Shown: positions 1-12,779, numbered from the stretch's first letter. The stretch is 64,000 nt of DNA from an uncultured Gemmatimonadales bacterium (GCA_963741945.1 CAVUKA010000001.1:448001-512000), one strand, 5' to 3'. The notes: generated from the sequence alone by a model not told the origin. Made by a program: numbers and translations.

Positions 1-347
1 ACGGCCAGGGCCGGGGCGAGGCTGGCGGGTTCCACGGGCTTCACCAGGTAGTGGAAAACGGGCGCGGCCGTGGCCTCCTCGACCGTGCGGCTGTCGCTGT
101 ACGCGGAAAGCAGGAGAATGGGCATCCGGTGCTGCTCCCAGATCTCGCGGGCGGCTTCCGGCCCCGTCTTCCCGGGCATCCGGATGTCCAGGATGGCCAT
201 GTCGGGGTGGTGCTCGGCGGCCAGCGTGACGGCCTCGCCACCATCGGCGGCGGTGGCCACGACGCGGTGGCCGAGGGCCTCGAGCTGGTGGCGGAGCGTG
301 AGGTTGTGCAGGCTTTCGTCGTCCGCGATGAGGAAGCGCGTGGCCAT
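1..347 (-). CDS. Response regulator, probably ANTAR/PdtaR-NasT-like (3' end outside window)
   Basis: Read manually from ATG at 347: MATRFLIADDESLHNLTLRHQLEALGHRVV...DMAILDIRMPGKTG...LLLSAYSD...YLVKP, a receiver domain; GGAGG RBS upstream; output domain not visible. Confidence 0.75.
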   Translation of the reverse strand, partial: MATRFLIADDESLHNLTLRHQLEALGHRVVATAADGGEAVTLAAEHHPDMAILDIRMPGKTGPEAAREIWEQHRMPILLLSAYSDSRTVEEATAAPVFHYLVKPVEPASLAPALA

Positions 348-469
348 CAATGACCTCCAGAAGGACAGACTTGGTGGGGGTACGGCCGAAGCCGCGGTTG
401 CGCGAAGGGTGACTGCAATGCTCGTGCTCGCGCGTCGCTGTGGGGCAGCCTGTGGAGCTGCCGGAGCGC

Positions 470-670
470 TCAGCGGATGATGCCGAGCGGGATGAGCACC
501 ACGTAACCGAGTGCGAGGAGGAGCGGCGCGGCCACCGTCGACGCCTGGGAGAGCAGCAGGAAACCCACGCCGATGGACAGCAGGCCGGACCCGATCAGGG
601 CGTAGTTCACGGGGGTCCACCGTAGCGACGGCGGCCGGTTCTGCGGTGTCGATCGTTTGCTCTGGGCCAT
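470..670 (-). CDS. Small two-TM membrane protein (DUF3098-like)
   Basis: 66 aa, NYALIGSGLLSIGVGFLLL...APLLLALGYVVLIPLGII pattern. Confidence 0.7.
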   Translation of the reverse strand: MAQSKRSTPQNRPPSLRWTPVNYALIGSGLLSIGVGFLLLSQASTVAAPLLLALGYVVLIPLGIIR

Positions 671-676
671 GGCGCA

Positions 677-704
677 AATGTAGTCGGACCCGGAGCGTGG
701 TCAA
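677..704 (-). promoter_or_regulatory. sigma70-type promoter, probably leaderless transcript
   Basis: TTGACC-16 nt-TACATT, 6 nt before the ATG at 670. Confidence 0.55.
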
Positions 705-1600
705 CCGGGGGAGTCCCAGTAGGCCGGATCGTCGGGCGGCTCGGTGGCCCTCAGGCGCGCGAGCTTCGCCCGATCCCGGCGCCGGCGCCGGCGTCCGACC
801 AGCAGCAGGAGCAGCGCCACGAACAACCAGAAGACGAGGGAATGCGTGAGGATGAGCGGCCATCCGTAGGTGCGCTTGACGTATGCGCGCCAGTGTTCTT
901 CGAACTGCCCCAGCGTCAGCCCATACGTGGAGCGGAACGCGCGATTGAAGTCCACGTCCTGGCGCCATCGGCGCAGAAAAATGGCGAGGCCGCGCTCTCC
1001 GCTCTCCTGCACGAGGTATCCGATGGCGCTGGCCGCGAGCAGGTAGGCGATCCGGGCGTCCTCCTCGGCCACGGGCCATTCCAGCGTCAGCGAGTCCAGC
1101 GGCGGCGCGCGACGCGTCAGGAATGCGACGCGGAGGCGCCACGCCGCATCGGCGCTCCACTCCCCCGCCGCCCATTGCGCGTACCCCTCCGTGACCCAGC
1201 GTGGCACGCGGGCGGGGCCCAGGAAGCGCTGGAGCGCCACGTGGGCGAGCTCGTGGCGAAGGGTGCGGTAGATCGTGTACGGCGGCGTACGCTCCCAGTC
1301 GAACGTGGGCAGCACGATCACGCCCGCGTCCGGCTCGGCCACGCCAGCGCCCCACTCCGGGACGCGGCCGCCGGTGAGGGAATCCCAGGCAGCGCGATCC
1401 GAGGCCAGGTAGACGTCGACGCCGGCGCTGTCGAGGATGTGGGGCGGGAGCGCCGGAAGCGGGGGAGCGGCGGCGACGTGCTCGGCTATCCTGCGGGCCA
1501 GAGCGCTCTGCCGCGGCTCGTAGTGGAGCCGGACCGGAGACGAGAGCAGGACCTGCTGCGCCAGGAGAAATGCCCCGAGGAGGAACGGGATCGCGTTCAC
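701..1600 (-). CDS. Membrane-anchored Zn metallopeptidase (peptidase MA/gluzincin-like)
   Basis: GTG start overlapping upstream stop; signal-like N-terminus, HELAH motif, downstream EGYAQW, C-terminal TM followed by poly-Arg. Confidence 0.75.
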   Translation of the reverse strand: MNAIPFLLGAFLLAQQVLLSSPVRLHYEPRQSALARRIAEHVAAAPPLPALPPHILDSAGVDVYLASDRAAWDSLTGGRVPEWGAGVAEPDAGVIVLPTFDWERTPPYTIYRTLRHELAHVALQRFLGPARVPRWVTEGYAQWAAGEWSADAAWRLRVAFLTRRAPPLDSLTLEWPVAEEDARIAYLLAASAIGYLVQESGERGLAIFLRRWRQDVDFNRAFRSTYGLTLGQFEEHWRAYVKRTYGWPLILTHSLVFWLFVALLLLLVGRRRRRRDRAKLARLRATEPPDDPAYWDSPG

Positions 1601-2058
1601 TCCGGCGCCGCGATGGCGTCCAGGCGGAGCAGTGCCGCGACACGGGGGCCGAGGCTGACGAGGCCCCGGACGTGCCGCGGATTCAGCCCCGTGAGCCACC
1701 GGGGCGGCCTCGTCACTGCGCCGTCGTCGACGATGACGACGCCCTCCACCACTTCGGCCGCCAGCGCCAGAACGAGCCCACCCGCGTCCACGACCACGGC
1801 CCTGGGCGCCGTACCCGGGGGATCGAGGCCGGGCAGCGGCGTGATCTCCATCTCCCCGGAGCGCGTCCGGGCGCGGCCGTCGTCGCCTGTGGGGGCAACC
1901 TCCCGGACGCTGGCTACGGGGGCGGCCAGCAGCGCGCCGGCGAGGCTCCAGAGGACCACTTCCCGACGGCCCTCCCCGGCCGCGACATCGCCCGGGAACG
2001 ACAGGGTCGGTCGATCCCCGAGGGGGGGCCGTGCGCCCCGATGCTCGCGCGCGGTCAC
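1597..2058 (-). CDS. CheW-like domain protein
   Basis: VVLWSLAGALLAAPVASVREV...AVVVDAGGLVLALAAEVVEGV...VRGLVSLGPRVAALLRLDAI resembles the CheW fold; translationally coupled. Confidence 0.6.
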   Translation of the reverse strand: MTAREHRGARPPLGDRPTLSFPGDVAAGEGRREVVLWSLAGALLAAPVASVREVAPTGDDGRARTRSGEMEITPLPGLDPPGTAPRAVVVDAGGLVLALAAEVVEGVVIVDDGAVTRPPRWLTGLNPRHVRGLVSLGPRVAALLRLDAIAAPE

Positions 2059-2540
2059 GTGCGCGCCTCCGGGAACACGCGGCGCAGCGCCGCCTCGAGG
2101 TCGCTCTCGAAGGAGGCGGCGTCGGACGCGCGCAGGGTCCCGCTCGAGGGCCGCATCCGCTCCGCCGCCTCGATGAAGCGCTCGGCGAAGAGCCGGACCA
2201 GCCCGAGCGTGGAGCCCCGATCAAAGACGGCCACCAGCACGAGCGGCGCACCGGCCACTTCCAGGGGGGCGAAGAAGAGCTCTCTGGTCTCGCCCACGTG
2301 ATGGATGTGCGTCCAGCCGGCCCCGCCCGTCAGCTCCGCGAGAGCGCGCGCGGAGGAGTGGGCGGAAGCGGCGAGGGAGGCCACGGCGGCGAGGTCGAGG
2401 CCGCGGTCGAAGCCGTGGTACGCCAGAACCTGCCCGCTGCGGTTCACGAGCATGGCCGTGCGGACGCGGGCCTCCCGCGCGAACTCCCGCAGGTCTCTGC
2501 GCAGCTGGCGCCCGAGTGCGTCGAGTCCGGGCGCCCTCAC
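2055..2540 (-). CDS. Roadblock/LC7 (MglB-like) protein
   Basis: AMLVNRSGQVLA...DLAAVASLAA...LVLVAVFDRGSTLGLVRL is typical of MglB. Confidence 0.75.
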   Translation of the reverse strand: MRAPGLDALGRQLRRDLREFAREARVRTAMLVNRSGQVLAYHGFDRGLDLAAVASLAASAHSSARALAELTGGAGWTHIHHVGETRELFFAPLEVAGAPLVLVAVFDRGSTLGLVRLFAERFIEAAERMRPSSGTLRASDAASFESDLEAALRRVFPEART

Positions 2541-2887
2541 GCAGACAGCTCCCGGGCAGCGTGGAGCGCGTGGCTGCGCGCCATTCCCACTCCCGCGCCG
2601 GCCTCGGTGGCCACCACAACCACCAGCGCGCCCGCCGCGGCCACCAGGAGCATCCCACCCGCGGACTCGAGCTGCACCACGCGGGCGCGCCCGATCCCGG
2701 CCGCGTCGGCCGCGTCGGACGTGCGGCTGAGGAGCGATGCCGCCAGCGCCGCCAGTGCGTCCTCGGGCACGCCCGCCAGCACCTCGGAGGCCACGGGCGT
2801 CCCCGTCGCCGCGTCGACCACGAGGGCCGCCCGGACGCCTGGGAGGCGACCGAGGCGACGCGCGACGCCCCGCGCCGGGGCGCTCAC
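2537..2887 (-). CDS. Roadblock/LC7 domain protein
   Basis: GTG start overlapping upstream stop; LPGVRAALVVDAATG...LAALAASL...VVVVATEAGAGVGMAR. Confidence 0.7.
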   Translation of the reverse strand: MSAPARGVARRLGRLPGVRAALVVDAATGTPVASEVLAGVPEDALAALAASLLSRTSDAADAAGIGRARVVQLESAGGMLLVAAAGALVVVVATEAGAGVGMARSHALHAARELSA

Positions 2888-3696
2888 GCGCCGTCCGCGG
2901 TGAGGGCGCGGGCCAGGCGTTGCGCCCGGTCCGCGGTGCGCACGACCCACCCTTCCGGGGTGCCTGGCCGCGTGAGGACGATCAGCGCGCGGTCCCGGCC
3001 GTGAGGTGCCACGTGGGCGCGCGCCCGGTCGCAGTCAACGAGGGCGCCGGTCCACGGTCCCATGCCCGTCAGCTCCGCCGTGCGGCTCGCTTCCGCCACG
3101 ACCGAAGTGGCGAACGCGCTGATCAGCTGCGGGTCGCCCGCTGCCGTGGGGACCGCGCCCGCCAGCACCAGCCCGTTGCGGTCGAGCACCAGCGCGCCGA
3201 GGAACGGCGCTTCCGCAGTCAGCGGCTCGAAGACGCGCTCGGGGTCGATCGCGGGGCCGGACGAGCGGTCCGGCTGCGCCGTCGCCCCGGCGCCCTGCCG
3301 CTCCGTGAGCACCTGCAGCGCCTGCCGCACCGCGGGGTCGCCGGGCCTGGCGTCGGCCGCCGCCACGAGGTGGGGCCGGGCGTCTTCGAAGCGCCGCTCC
3401 TCGAGGGCCAGGAAGCCGAGCCCGCGGTGCGCGGCGAAGCTGGTCGGGTCGAGGGACAGGAGGGCGGACCATTCATCGCCCGCGCGGGCGTGGTCGCCGG
3501 CCTCGAGGTGGAGCAGGGCGAGGAGCTCGCGGGCCTCGACGTGGTCCGGGTGGCGCTCCAGGCCGCGCCGTACCACGTCGCGCGCTGCGTCAGCGCGGCC
3601 GTTTCGCCGGAACGCGCGGGCGAGCGATACGAAGCAGCGAGCCCCGGGGTCCCGGGCCACTTCCCGACTCCAGCGCTCCACGTCTCGGTCGCTCAT
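2884..3696 (-). CDS. TPR-repeat plus C-terminal roadblock/LC7 domain protein
   Basis: TPR-like helices (FVSLARAFRRNG...GLERHPDH; AAHRGLGFLAL) then FLGALVLDRNGLVLAG roadblock motif. Confidence 0.7.
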   Translation of the reverse strand: MSDRDVERWSREVARDPGARCFVSLARAFRRNGRADAARDVVRRGLERHPDHVEARELLALLHLEAGDHARAGDEWSALLSLDPTSFAAHRGLGFLALEERRFEDARPHLVAAADARPGDPAVRQALQVLTERQGAGATAQPDRSSGPAIDPERVFEPLTAEAPFLGALVLDRNGLVLAGAVPTAAGDPQLISAFATSVVAEASRTAELTGMGPWTGALVDCDRARAHVAPHGRDRALIVLTRPGTPEGWVVRTADRAQRLARALTADGA

Positions 3697-3722
3697 CCGG
3701 TCGTCCCGGGTCCGCCGGTGAA

Positions 3723-4688
3723 TCAGCCCCCACTCGAACCGCGCGCCCATTCGGCCGCCGCCGCCAGATCCGGCGGAAGAGGCGCGCGCAGGTCCATGCG
3801 CTCGTGGGTGCGCGGGTGGTCGAACACGAGGCGCTCCGCGTGCAGGAATTGCCGCGGCACCCGCCGCTCCAGCTCGCGGGCCCAGGGCAGGCCCTGGCCA
3901 CTGATCCGACGGGCGCCTCCGCCGCCGTACAGCGGATCGGCCACGACGGGGTGACCGATGTGGGCGAGGTGGACGCGGATCTGGTGCGTCCGCCCCGTCT
4001 CCAGCCTCGCCCGCAGCACGTCTGCGGCCACCCAGCGCTCCACGCGCTCGAAGTGCGTCACGGCGTGCCGGCCCGCCTGCGTGACCGTGAGGCGTTTGCG
4101 GTCCCGCGTGGACCGGCCCACCGGCGCATCCACGGTCTGCCGGTCGTCCTCCAGGTGCCCCCAGACCACCGTCAGGTAGCTCCGATGGATATCGCGGCGC
4201 TTGAGTGCCGCGGCCAGGCGGCGGTGCGCCCGGTCGTGCTTGGCCACGATCAGGAGGCCGGACGTGTCCATGTCCAGGCGGTGCACGATGCCCGGCCGCT
4301 TGACCCCGCCGATCCCCGACAGGTCCTGGACGTGGTGCAGCAGCGCGTTCACCAGCGTCCCGCCCCGATGCCCCGGCGCCGGGTGCACCACCAGCCCCGC
4401 CGGCTTGTTCACCACCAGCAGGTCCCGGTCCTCGAACACGATGTCCAGCGGGATGTCCTCCGGCTCCATCCCGGACGGCTCGGGCGGCGGGATGGTGAGC
4501 TCCACCACGTCGCCTGCCGTCACGCGCTCGCTCTTCCGCGGGACCTCCCCGTTTAGCAGCACCTGCCCTTCCCCGATCAGCTGGGCGATGCGACTGCGCG
4601 AAAGCTCCGCCAGACGCCCGGCCAGCCAGGCGTCGAGCCGCTCCCCCTCCGCGGCTTCCGGAATCTCGAGACGACGGCGGTCAGCCAC
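3723..4688 (-). CDS. rluD: RluA/RluD family 23S rRNA pseudouridine synthase
   Basis: S4 domain, VVNKPAGLVVHP, catalytic HRLD, GRTHQIRVH. Confidence 0.9.
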   Translation of the reverse strand: MADRRRLEIPEAAEGERLDAWLAGRLAELSRSRIAQLIGEGQVLLNGEVPRKSERVTAGDVVELTIPPPEPSGMEPEDIPLDIVFEDRDLLVVNKPAGLVVHPAPGHRGGTLVNALLHHVQDLSGIGGVKRPGIVHRLDMDTSGLLIVAKHDRAHRRLAAALKRRDIHRSYLTVVWGHLEDDRQTVDAPVGRSTRDRKRLTVTQAGRHAVTHFERVERWVAADVLRARLETGRTHQIRVHLAHIGHPVVADPLYGGGGARRISGQGLPWARELERRVPRQFLHAERLVFDHPRTHERMDLRAPLPPDLAAAAEWARGSSGG

Positions 4689-5217
4689 CGCCCTCCCGAC
4701 GTCTGCGCGGGCGCTGTTCTTCCTGCCAGAGGGAGAGCGCGAGGAAGATGGCGCCCGTGGTCACGGCAATGTCGGCCACATTGAACACGGGCCAGCGGAG
4801 GTCGCCCACTCCGACATCGAGGAAATCCACGACACCGGCATGGGAGCGGACGCGATCGATGAGGTTGCCGACTGCGCCTCCGCAGATGAGGGCGATGGCG
4901 GCGAGGCGTATGCGGTCGCGGGCGGGGGTGGCCCAGTACATGGCGGCGAGGGCGGCGAGGGCGATGAGGGAGAGGACGAGGAAGACGGGTCGGGAGTAGG
5001 CGCCGAGATGGATGCCGAAGGCCGCGCCCGGGTTCTGGATGTAGGTGAGCCGAAGGTAGGAACCCACGACGTCGACCTGGTCGTAGAGCGGCATGTAGGC
5101 CTGGACCATCAGCTTGGTGGTGACGTCCAGGAGCACCACCAGGAGGGTGACGCCCACGAACATCCGCACCTTCCCGGCCGTCCAGGAACGCCCCTCGCTC
5201 TCGACGTTCATCTCCAT
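4681..5217 (-). CDS. lspA: Lipoprotein signal peptidase II
   Basis: NPGAAFG, GGAVGNLIDR, VVDF, FNVAD motifs; exact start uncertain. Confidence 0.92.
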   Translation of the reverse strand: MEMNVESEGRSWTAGKVRMFVGVTLLVVLLDVTTKLMVQAYMPLYDQVDVVGSYLRLTYIQNPGAAFGIHLGAYSRPVFLVLSLIALAALAAMYWATPARDRIRLAAIALICGGAVGNLIDRVRSHAGVVDFLDVGVGDLRWPVFNVADIAVTTGAIFLALSLWQEEQRPRRRREGGG

Positions 5218-5218
5218 G

Positions 5219-5595
5219 TCACCCACGGCGTCCACTTCCCGACTCCTCCTCCCGTTTGCACTGGATGCACAGATCGGTGTGCGGCAGCGCCTCGAGGCGC
5301 TCGAACCCGATGTCCTCCTTGCACCTGCGGCACGCGCCATAGTCCTCGGGCTCGTGCAGCAGCCGGTCGAGCGCCCGGTCCACCTCCACGAGCCGCCGCC
5401 CCTCCTCGCTGGCCATGAGGAACGCGTTCTCGCGCTCGGTGAGCGCCGACGCCGCCTCGGCCATGTGCTGGGAAAACCCGGACACGGCGCGGTCGTCCAT
5501 CTCCTGGCCGAAGCGATGCAGGCGCCGGACGAGCTTGGCGCGCTCCCGCTCCAGGAGCCGCCGCAGCGCTTCACGCCTGTCGTGCGACAGTGGCA

Positions 5596-5596
<1 letters not shown>
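5219..5596 (-). CDS. dksA: TraR/DksA C4 zinc-finger protein
   Basis: Coiled coil then YGACRRC...RLEALP...CIQC. Confidence 0.8.
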
Positions 5597-8738
<3,142 letters not shown>

Positions 8739-8742
<4 letters not shown>

Positions 8743-9476
8743 TCGGTCCGCTGCTCCTCCACCAGCGACGACAGCCAGTCGTCCCCGCCGTCCGCCTCTC
8801 CAACCTCGCGGCTGGCCTCGCCTTCCTCCCCCGCCCCCTCGCCGGAGGACGCCGCCACATCGGCTTCGTCCGCCATCGCCCCGTCAGCCGCCCCCCCGTC
8901 CGGCACCTCCGCCTCCGGCGACGACGGCGCTGTCGCGTCCGGCGATCCCCCACCCTCCTCGTCGGACAATGGGCCACCGGAGAGCATCAGCGGCTCCCTC
9001 TCCTCGAACCGCAGCTCGAGGGCGTCCTCGATCACGTTCAGCTCCGACAGCCCCCGCTCCAGCAGGTTGTGGAACGACCTCACGAGCTGGGCGCGCCGCG
9101 CCCGGACCTGGCGCAGCGCATCCTCCTCCGCCGCCAGCTTGCGCGCCGACTCCTGCCGGGCCGCCTCCGCCGCGGCCCGCGCTTCCCGGACGATGAGCTC
9201 CGCTTCCCGGTCCGCGTTCGAGCGCGCCTCCCCGCGCAGCCGCTCGGCGGCGAGCAGCGCATCCGAGAGCATGCGCTCCTTCTCCCGGAAGGCCGCGAGC
9301 TCCGCCCCGGTCCGCTCCAGCGACTCGGAGAGCGCCATGTTCTCCTTGACGAGCTCCTCCATGCGGTCCGCGGCCAGGTCGAGGAAGTCGTTGACGAGCT
9401 CGGCATCATAGCCCCGGAACGCGCGCCGGAAATCACCCTTCTTGTGGCGGACCTCGAGTGGCGTGAGATCGATCAT
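8739..9476 (-). CDS. divIVA: DivIVA domain protein with acidic disordered tail
   Basis: LTPLEVRHKKGDFRRAFRGYDAELVNDFLD followed by coiled coil. Confidence 0.9.
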
Positions 9477-10174
9477 GGCTGTCCCCTCTCTCCAAACAGG
9501 ACCGTACCGAGCCGCACCAACGTGGCGCCCTCCTCGATCGCGATCTCGAAGTCGTTGCTCATGCCCATGGACAGCTCCCCGCCCCGGATCACTTCCGGCG
9601 CCTGGCGGCGGCACGCCTCCAGCAGATCGCGGGCACGGCGGAACGTGTCGTGAAGGACCGTTTCGTCCCCGGTCCAGGGCGCCATGGTCATGAGCCCGTC
9701 CAGATGGAGGTTACGGAGCCCCGACAGCGGCTCCAGCGCCTCCAGCGCCGCCTCGCGGTCGAACCCGCCCTTGCTGTCCTCGCCCGAAACGTTCACCTGG
9801 AGCAGTCCACGCACCACCGTCCCCGCGCGCCCGCCTTCACCATCGAGCGTGCGCGCGAGTCGGAGGGAGTCCACCGAGTGGATGCGGTCGAACAGGGGAA
9901 TGGCGCTCCGGGACTTGTTCCTCTGGAGATGCCCGATCAGGTGCCATTCCGCGGCGTCTCGTCCCACGAAGGCGACTTTCTGCTCCAGCTCCTGGACCCG
10001 GTTTTCACCGAGCATGCGAAGGCCGGCGCGCACGGCCGCGGCCGCCGCTTCCGGCTCGTGCCCCTTCGTGACCGCCACGAGCCCGACGTCGTCCCGCCGC
10101 CCCACCCGCTCCATGGCCGCGCGAATCCGCTCGCGGACCTCAGGCACCGTCTCCTTCAGCCGTTCGTCCCACAT
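9473..10174 (-). CDS. yggS: YggS/PLPBP pyridoxal phosphate homeostasis protein
   Basis: LVAVTK, GENRVQE, WHLIGHLQRNK, LSMGMSNDF, VRLGT. Confidence 0.93.
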   Translation of the reverse strand: MWDERLKETVPEVRERIRAAMERVGRRDDVGLVAVTKGHEPEAAAAAVRAGLRMLGENRVQELEQKVAFVGRDAAEWHLIGHLQRNKSRSAIPLFDRIHSVDSLRLARTLDGEGGRAGTVVRGLLQVNVSGEDSKGGFDREAALEALEPLSGLRNLHLDGLMTMAPWTGDETVLHDTFRRARDLLEACRRQAPEVIRGGELSMGMSNDFEIAIEEGATLVRLGTVLFGERGQP

Positions 10175-10183
10175 GCCGGCGAA

Positions 10184-10212
10184 ATGGTACGCGAGGGCGG
10201 TCCAAAGATCAA
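10184..10212 (-). promoter_or_regulatory. sigma70-type promoter of the yggS-divIVA-ileS operon
   Basis: TTGATC-17 nt-TACCAT, 9 nt before the yggS ATG. Confidence 0.5.
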
Positions 10213-10242
10213 CGCCATGCGGACTTCCGCGTCCCAAAGGAA

Positions 10243-10271
10243 GCGGGGCCGACCCGTCGGGCCGGCCCCGC
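10243..10271 (-). terminator. Probable intrinsic terminator after tonB
   Basis: GCGGGGCCG...CGGCCCCGC stem followed on the minus strand by TTCCTTT. Confidence 0.6.
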
Positions 10272-10298
10272 ACACCCTGTCCGTCTTCGGAACGGCGG

Positions 10299-10970
10299 CT
10301 ACTGCACTTCGAACGTGATGTTCAGCGCCACCCAGACGGGCACCTTCTTGTCCCGGTTGTAGGCGGGCGTGAACTCCATCAGGTCCGCCACCTTCTTCGC
10401 GGCCTCGTCGAACGCGTCGTAGCCGCTGGTCTTGTTGATCTGCGTCTTCTGGACGCGGCCGTTCTCATCAATGAAGAACCACATGTTGACCGTGCCGCCG
10501 ATCCCCGCGTCCCGGAGGAGCGGCGGGTAGTAGCGCATGAGCGCCTGCTGCACCTCCGTGCCGTTCTTCAGGTTCGGACGCACCGTCATCGGCGTGAACA
10601 CCGGCGCCGCCGCCAGGTCCTCCTCGTTCGACTCGCTCGGGGGCGGCGGGAGGTTCTCGATCGGGTTCTCCTCGAACGTAGTCGGGGCGATCGTGACATC
10701 CTCGTTGACATCCGCCGCCGCGATCACGGGCGTGGCCGGCCGAGCGATCGCCTGCGGTGGCGGCGGGATCTCGATCTCGTCCGGGAGCTCGACCGACTCG
10801 ATCTGGTCGGACTGGAAGCTCACGTCCTGTGTACCGAAGGTGGGCGAAGCGAGGAAGATCGCCGCATGCACCACCGTGGCCAGGATCAGCGCGACCCAGA
10901 ACCAGTCCGTGAATCCGCGCTTGAAACGGTCATTGGCCGTTTCGTGGACGGCCGCGTTCTTGTCGGCCAT
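10299..10970 (-). CDS. tonB: Energy transducer TonB
   Basis: N-terminal TM with His, Pro-rich linker, C-terminal YP...GIGGTV...DENGRV domain. Confidence 0.9.
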   Translation of the reverse strand: MADKNAAVHETANDRFKRGFTDWFWVALILATVVHAAIFLASPTFGTQDVSFQSDQIESVELPDEIEIPPPPQAIARPATPVIAAADVNEDVTIAPTTFEENPIENLPPPPSESNEEDLAAAPVFTPMTVRPNLKNGTEVQQALMRYYPPLLRDAGIGGTVNMWFFIDENGRVQKTQINKTSGYDAFDEAAKKVADLMEFTPAYNRDKKVPVWVALNITFEVQ

Positions 10971-10972
10971 GC

Positions 10973-11416
10973 CTACCTCCGCTCCCTCGTGATGCGTTCC
11001 TCCAGGTCCGTGTAGAAGGTCAGGCGCAACGCGCCAGCCTCCTGGAGCTCCTGCTGTATGTTATAAATCGTAGCGTACGGAGTGTTCCGATCCGCGCGAA
11101 GCTCGACCAGCAGCTCACGGTTCGCCACGTACAGCGGGGCCACCACGTTGGAGACCCGGTCGATCGGGACCAGGTGATCGTTGATGAAGATCTCGCCATC
11201 CTGCGTCACGAACATGTGCAGGATGTTCTTGCGCTGCTCGTCCAGCTTCTCGGTGGCCTGGGCTTCCGGCCACGGCATCTTCCGCGGCTTTTCCGCCGGG
11301 AAGGTGGTGCTCACCATGAAGAAGATGAGGAGCAGGAACGCCATATCGGCGAGGGACGAGGAGGGGATCTCGCTCGACGCCTTCGACTTCCGTTCGAATC
11401 CTCCGCCCGTGATCAT
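10973..11416 (-). CDS. exbD: Biopolymer transporter ExbD
   Basis: SSLADMAFLLLIFFMVST; LRAD motif. Confidence 0.9.
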   Translation of the reverse strand: MITGGGFERKSKASSEIPSSSLADMAFLLLIFFMVSTTFPAEKPRKMPWPEAQATEKLDEQRKNILHMFVTQDGEIFINDHLVPIDRVSNVVAPLYVANRELLVELRADRNTPYATIYNIQQELQEAGALRLTFYTDLEERITRERR

Positions 11417-11423
11417 TGCGCTG

Positions 11424-11843
11424 CTACTCCACGATTCCGAGGTTCACGCGCTCGGCCCCGGCACTCTGGAGCTGATCGAGCACATCGATCATGTAGCGGT
11501 ACGGCGCCGTCGGTGCCGTCTTCACCGCCGCAATGAGATTCGGGTTCTGCGCCACTTCCGTGCGCCAGATCCCGCCGACGTCCGCGGACGGGACGGGCTG
11601 GATCTGCGGGCTCTCGCCGCGCTTCACCTCCACGACGCCGTTCGCCTGGATGGTGAAGAAGATCAGGTTCTTCGACGAAACGGCCGCTTCCTGGCCGGTC
11701 TCGGGCAGCACGATGCTCAGCCCCTTCTCCTCGTCGAAAATCGTGGTGACGAGAAAGAAAATGAGGAGCAGGAACGCGATGTCCGCCATGGAGGACGTCG
11801 GGATATCACCCGACGCCCGTGACTTCTTCTTCAGGATCGCCAT
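11424..11843 (-). CDS. exbD: Biopolymer transporter ExbD (second copy)
   Basis: SSMADIAFLLLIFFLVTT. Confidence 0.9.
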   Translation of the reverse strand: MAILKKKSRASGDIPTSSMADIAFLLLIFFLVTTIFDEEKGLSIVLPETGQEAAVSSKNLIFFTIQANGVVEVKRGESPQIQPVPSADVGGIWRTEVAQNPNLIAAVKTAPTAPYRYMIDVLDQLQSAGAERVNLGIVE

Positions 11844-11856
11844 TGCTTCGTACGCC

Positions 11857-12675
11857 TCAGTCGATCTGCGTGTCTTCCGGCGGACGCTGGACCGGGTCCG
11901 TGTACGGCCGTTCCTTCGCCTCCGCATCGTGAATGGACTTCGCCGTGCCTGGCATCTTGGTAACCGGCGACGCGGGAGTGGTTCCCCCCACGCCGGCCGG
12001 CGCGAGCCGGCCCTCGGACTCCATGCGCCACACCATGCGCAGCACGGCGCCCGTCCCCTCCTCCATGTCCACGATCAGCTTGTCGATGCGTGTCACGAAG
12101 TAGTTGTACCCGATGTTCACCGGAACGGCGATGATCAGGCCGGTGGCGGTGGTGATCAGCGCCACCTTGATCCCGCCGGCGACCAGGGCCGCGTCCACCT
12201 GCCCGGCCTGGGCGATGGCGCCGAAAGCGGAGATCATGCCCGCCACGGTGCCGAGGAAGCCCAGGAGCGGAGCCACGTTGGCGACGGTGGCCAGGACCAC
12301 CAGCCCGCGCTCGAGGAATCCGAGCTCGATGGCGCCCGTGGTCTGAACCGCCTTCTCCACGCCCGCGCCCGTGGCCGTGTGCTCGCGCACCCTGCGGAGC
12401 CCGGCGTAGAGGATGGCGGCGACGGGACCCGGCCGTTCCTCGGCGAGGCGCAGGGCCTCATCGATGCGGCCTTCCCGCCCGAGCTTGTCGACCGACTCGA
12501 GCAGCCCCTTCGACTCCCGGTGTGCCACCCATAGGGTCCATGCCTTGGCGATGATCACACCCACCGCGAGCAGTGAGCAGATGATGAGCGGGTACATCAT
12601 CGGCCCGCCGTCCGCGAAAAGGTTCATCAGGTTGAACCCTTCCTGTGCAGCACTCTGCGCGACCTGTTGGTTCAT
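11857..12675 (-). CDS. exbB: MotA/TolQ/ExbB proton channel protein
   Basis: APLLGFLGTVAGMI, ALITTATGLIIAVP. Confidence 0.9.
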   Translation of the reverse strand: MNQQVAQSAAQEGFNLMNLFADGGPMMYPLIICSLLAVGVIIAKAWTLWVAHRESKGLLESVDKLGREGRIDEALRLAEERPGPVAAILYAGLRRVREHTATGAGVEKAVQTTGAIELGFLERGLVVLATVANVAPLLGFLGTVAGMISAFGAIAQAGQVDAALVAGGIKVALITTATGLIIAVPVNIGYNYFVTRIDKLIVDMEEGTGAVLRMVWRMESEGRLAPAGVGGTTPASPVTKMPGTAKSIHDAEAKERPYTDPVQRPPEDTQID

Positions 12676-12750
12676 TTCACTCTTCTGCCGTACGTGCTCC
12701 GCAACGCGGAGAAGATGAAGGAAGTCCAGAGTTTACCCTCAATCCGGGGC

Positions 12751-12779
12751 AATGTAGGGATACCCCGAAAAGGTGTCAA
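12751..12779 (-). promoter_or_regulatory. sigma70 promoter of exbB-exbD-exbD-tonB
   Basis: TTGACA-17 nt-TACATT. Confidence 0.75.

Noticed and set aside
414-429. sigma54-like site GAGCAC-N5-TTGCA upstream of the response regulator
   Set aside because: The invariant -24 GG is AG; kept only as a weak possibility
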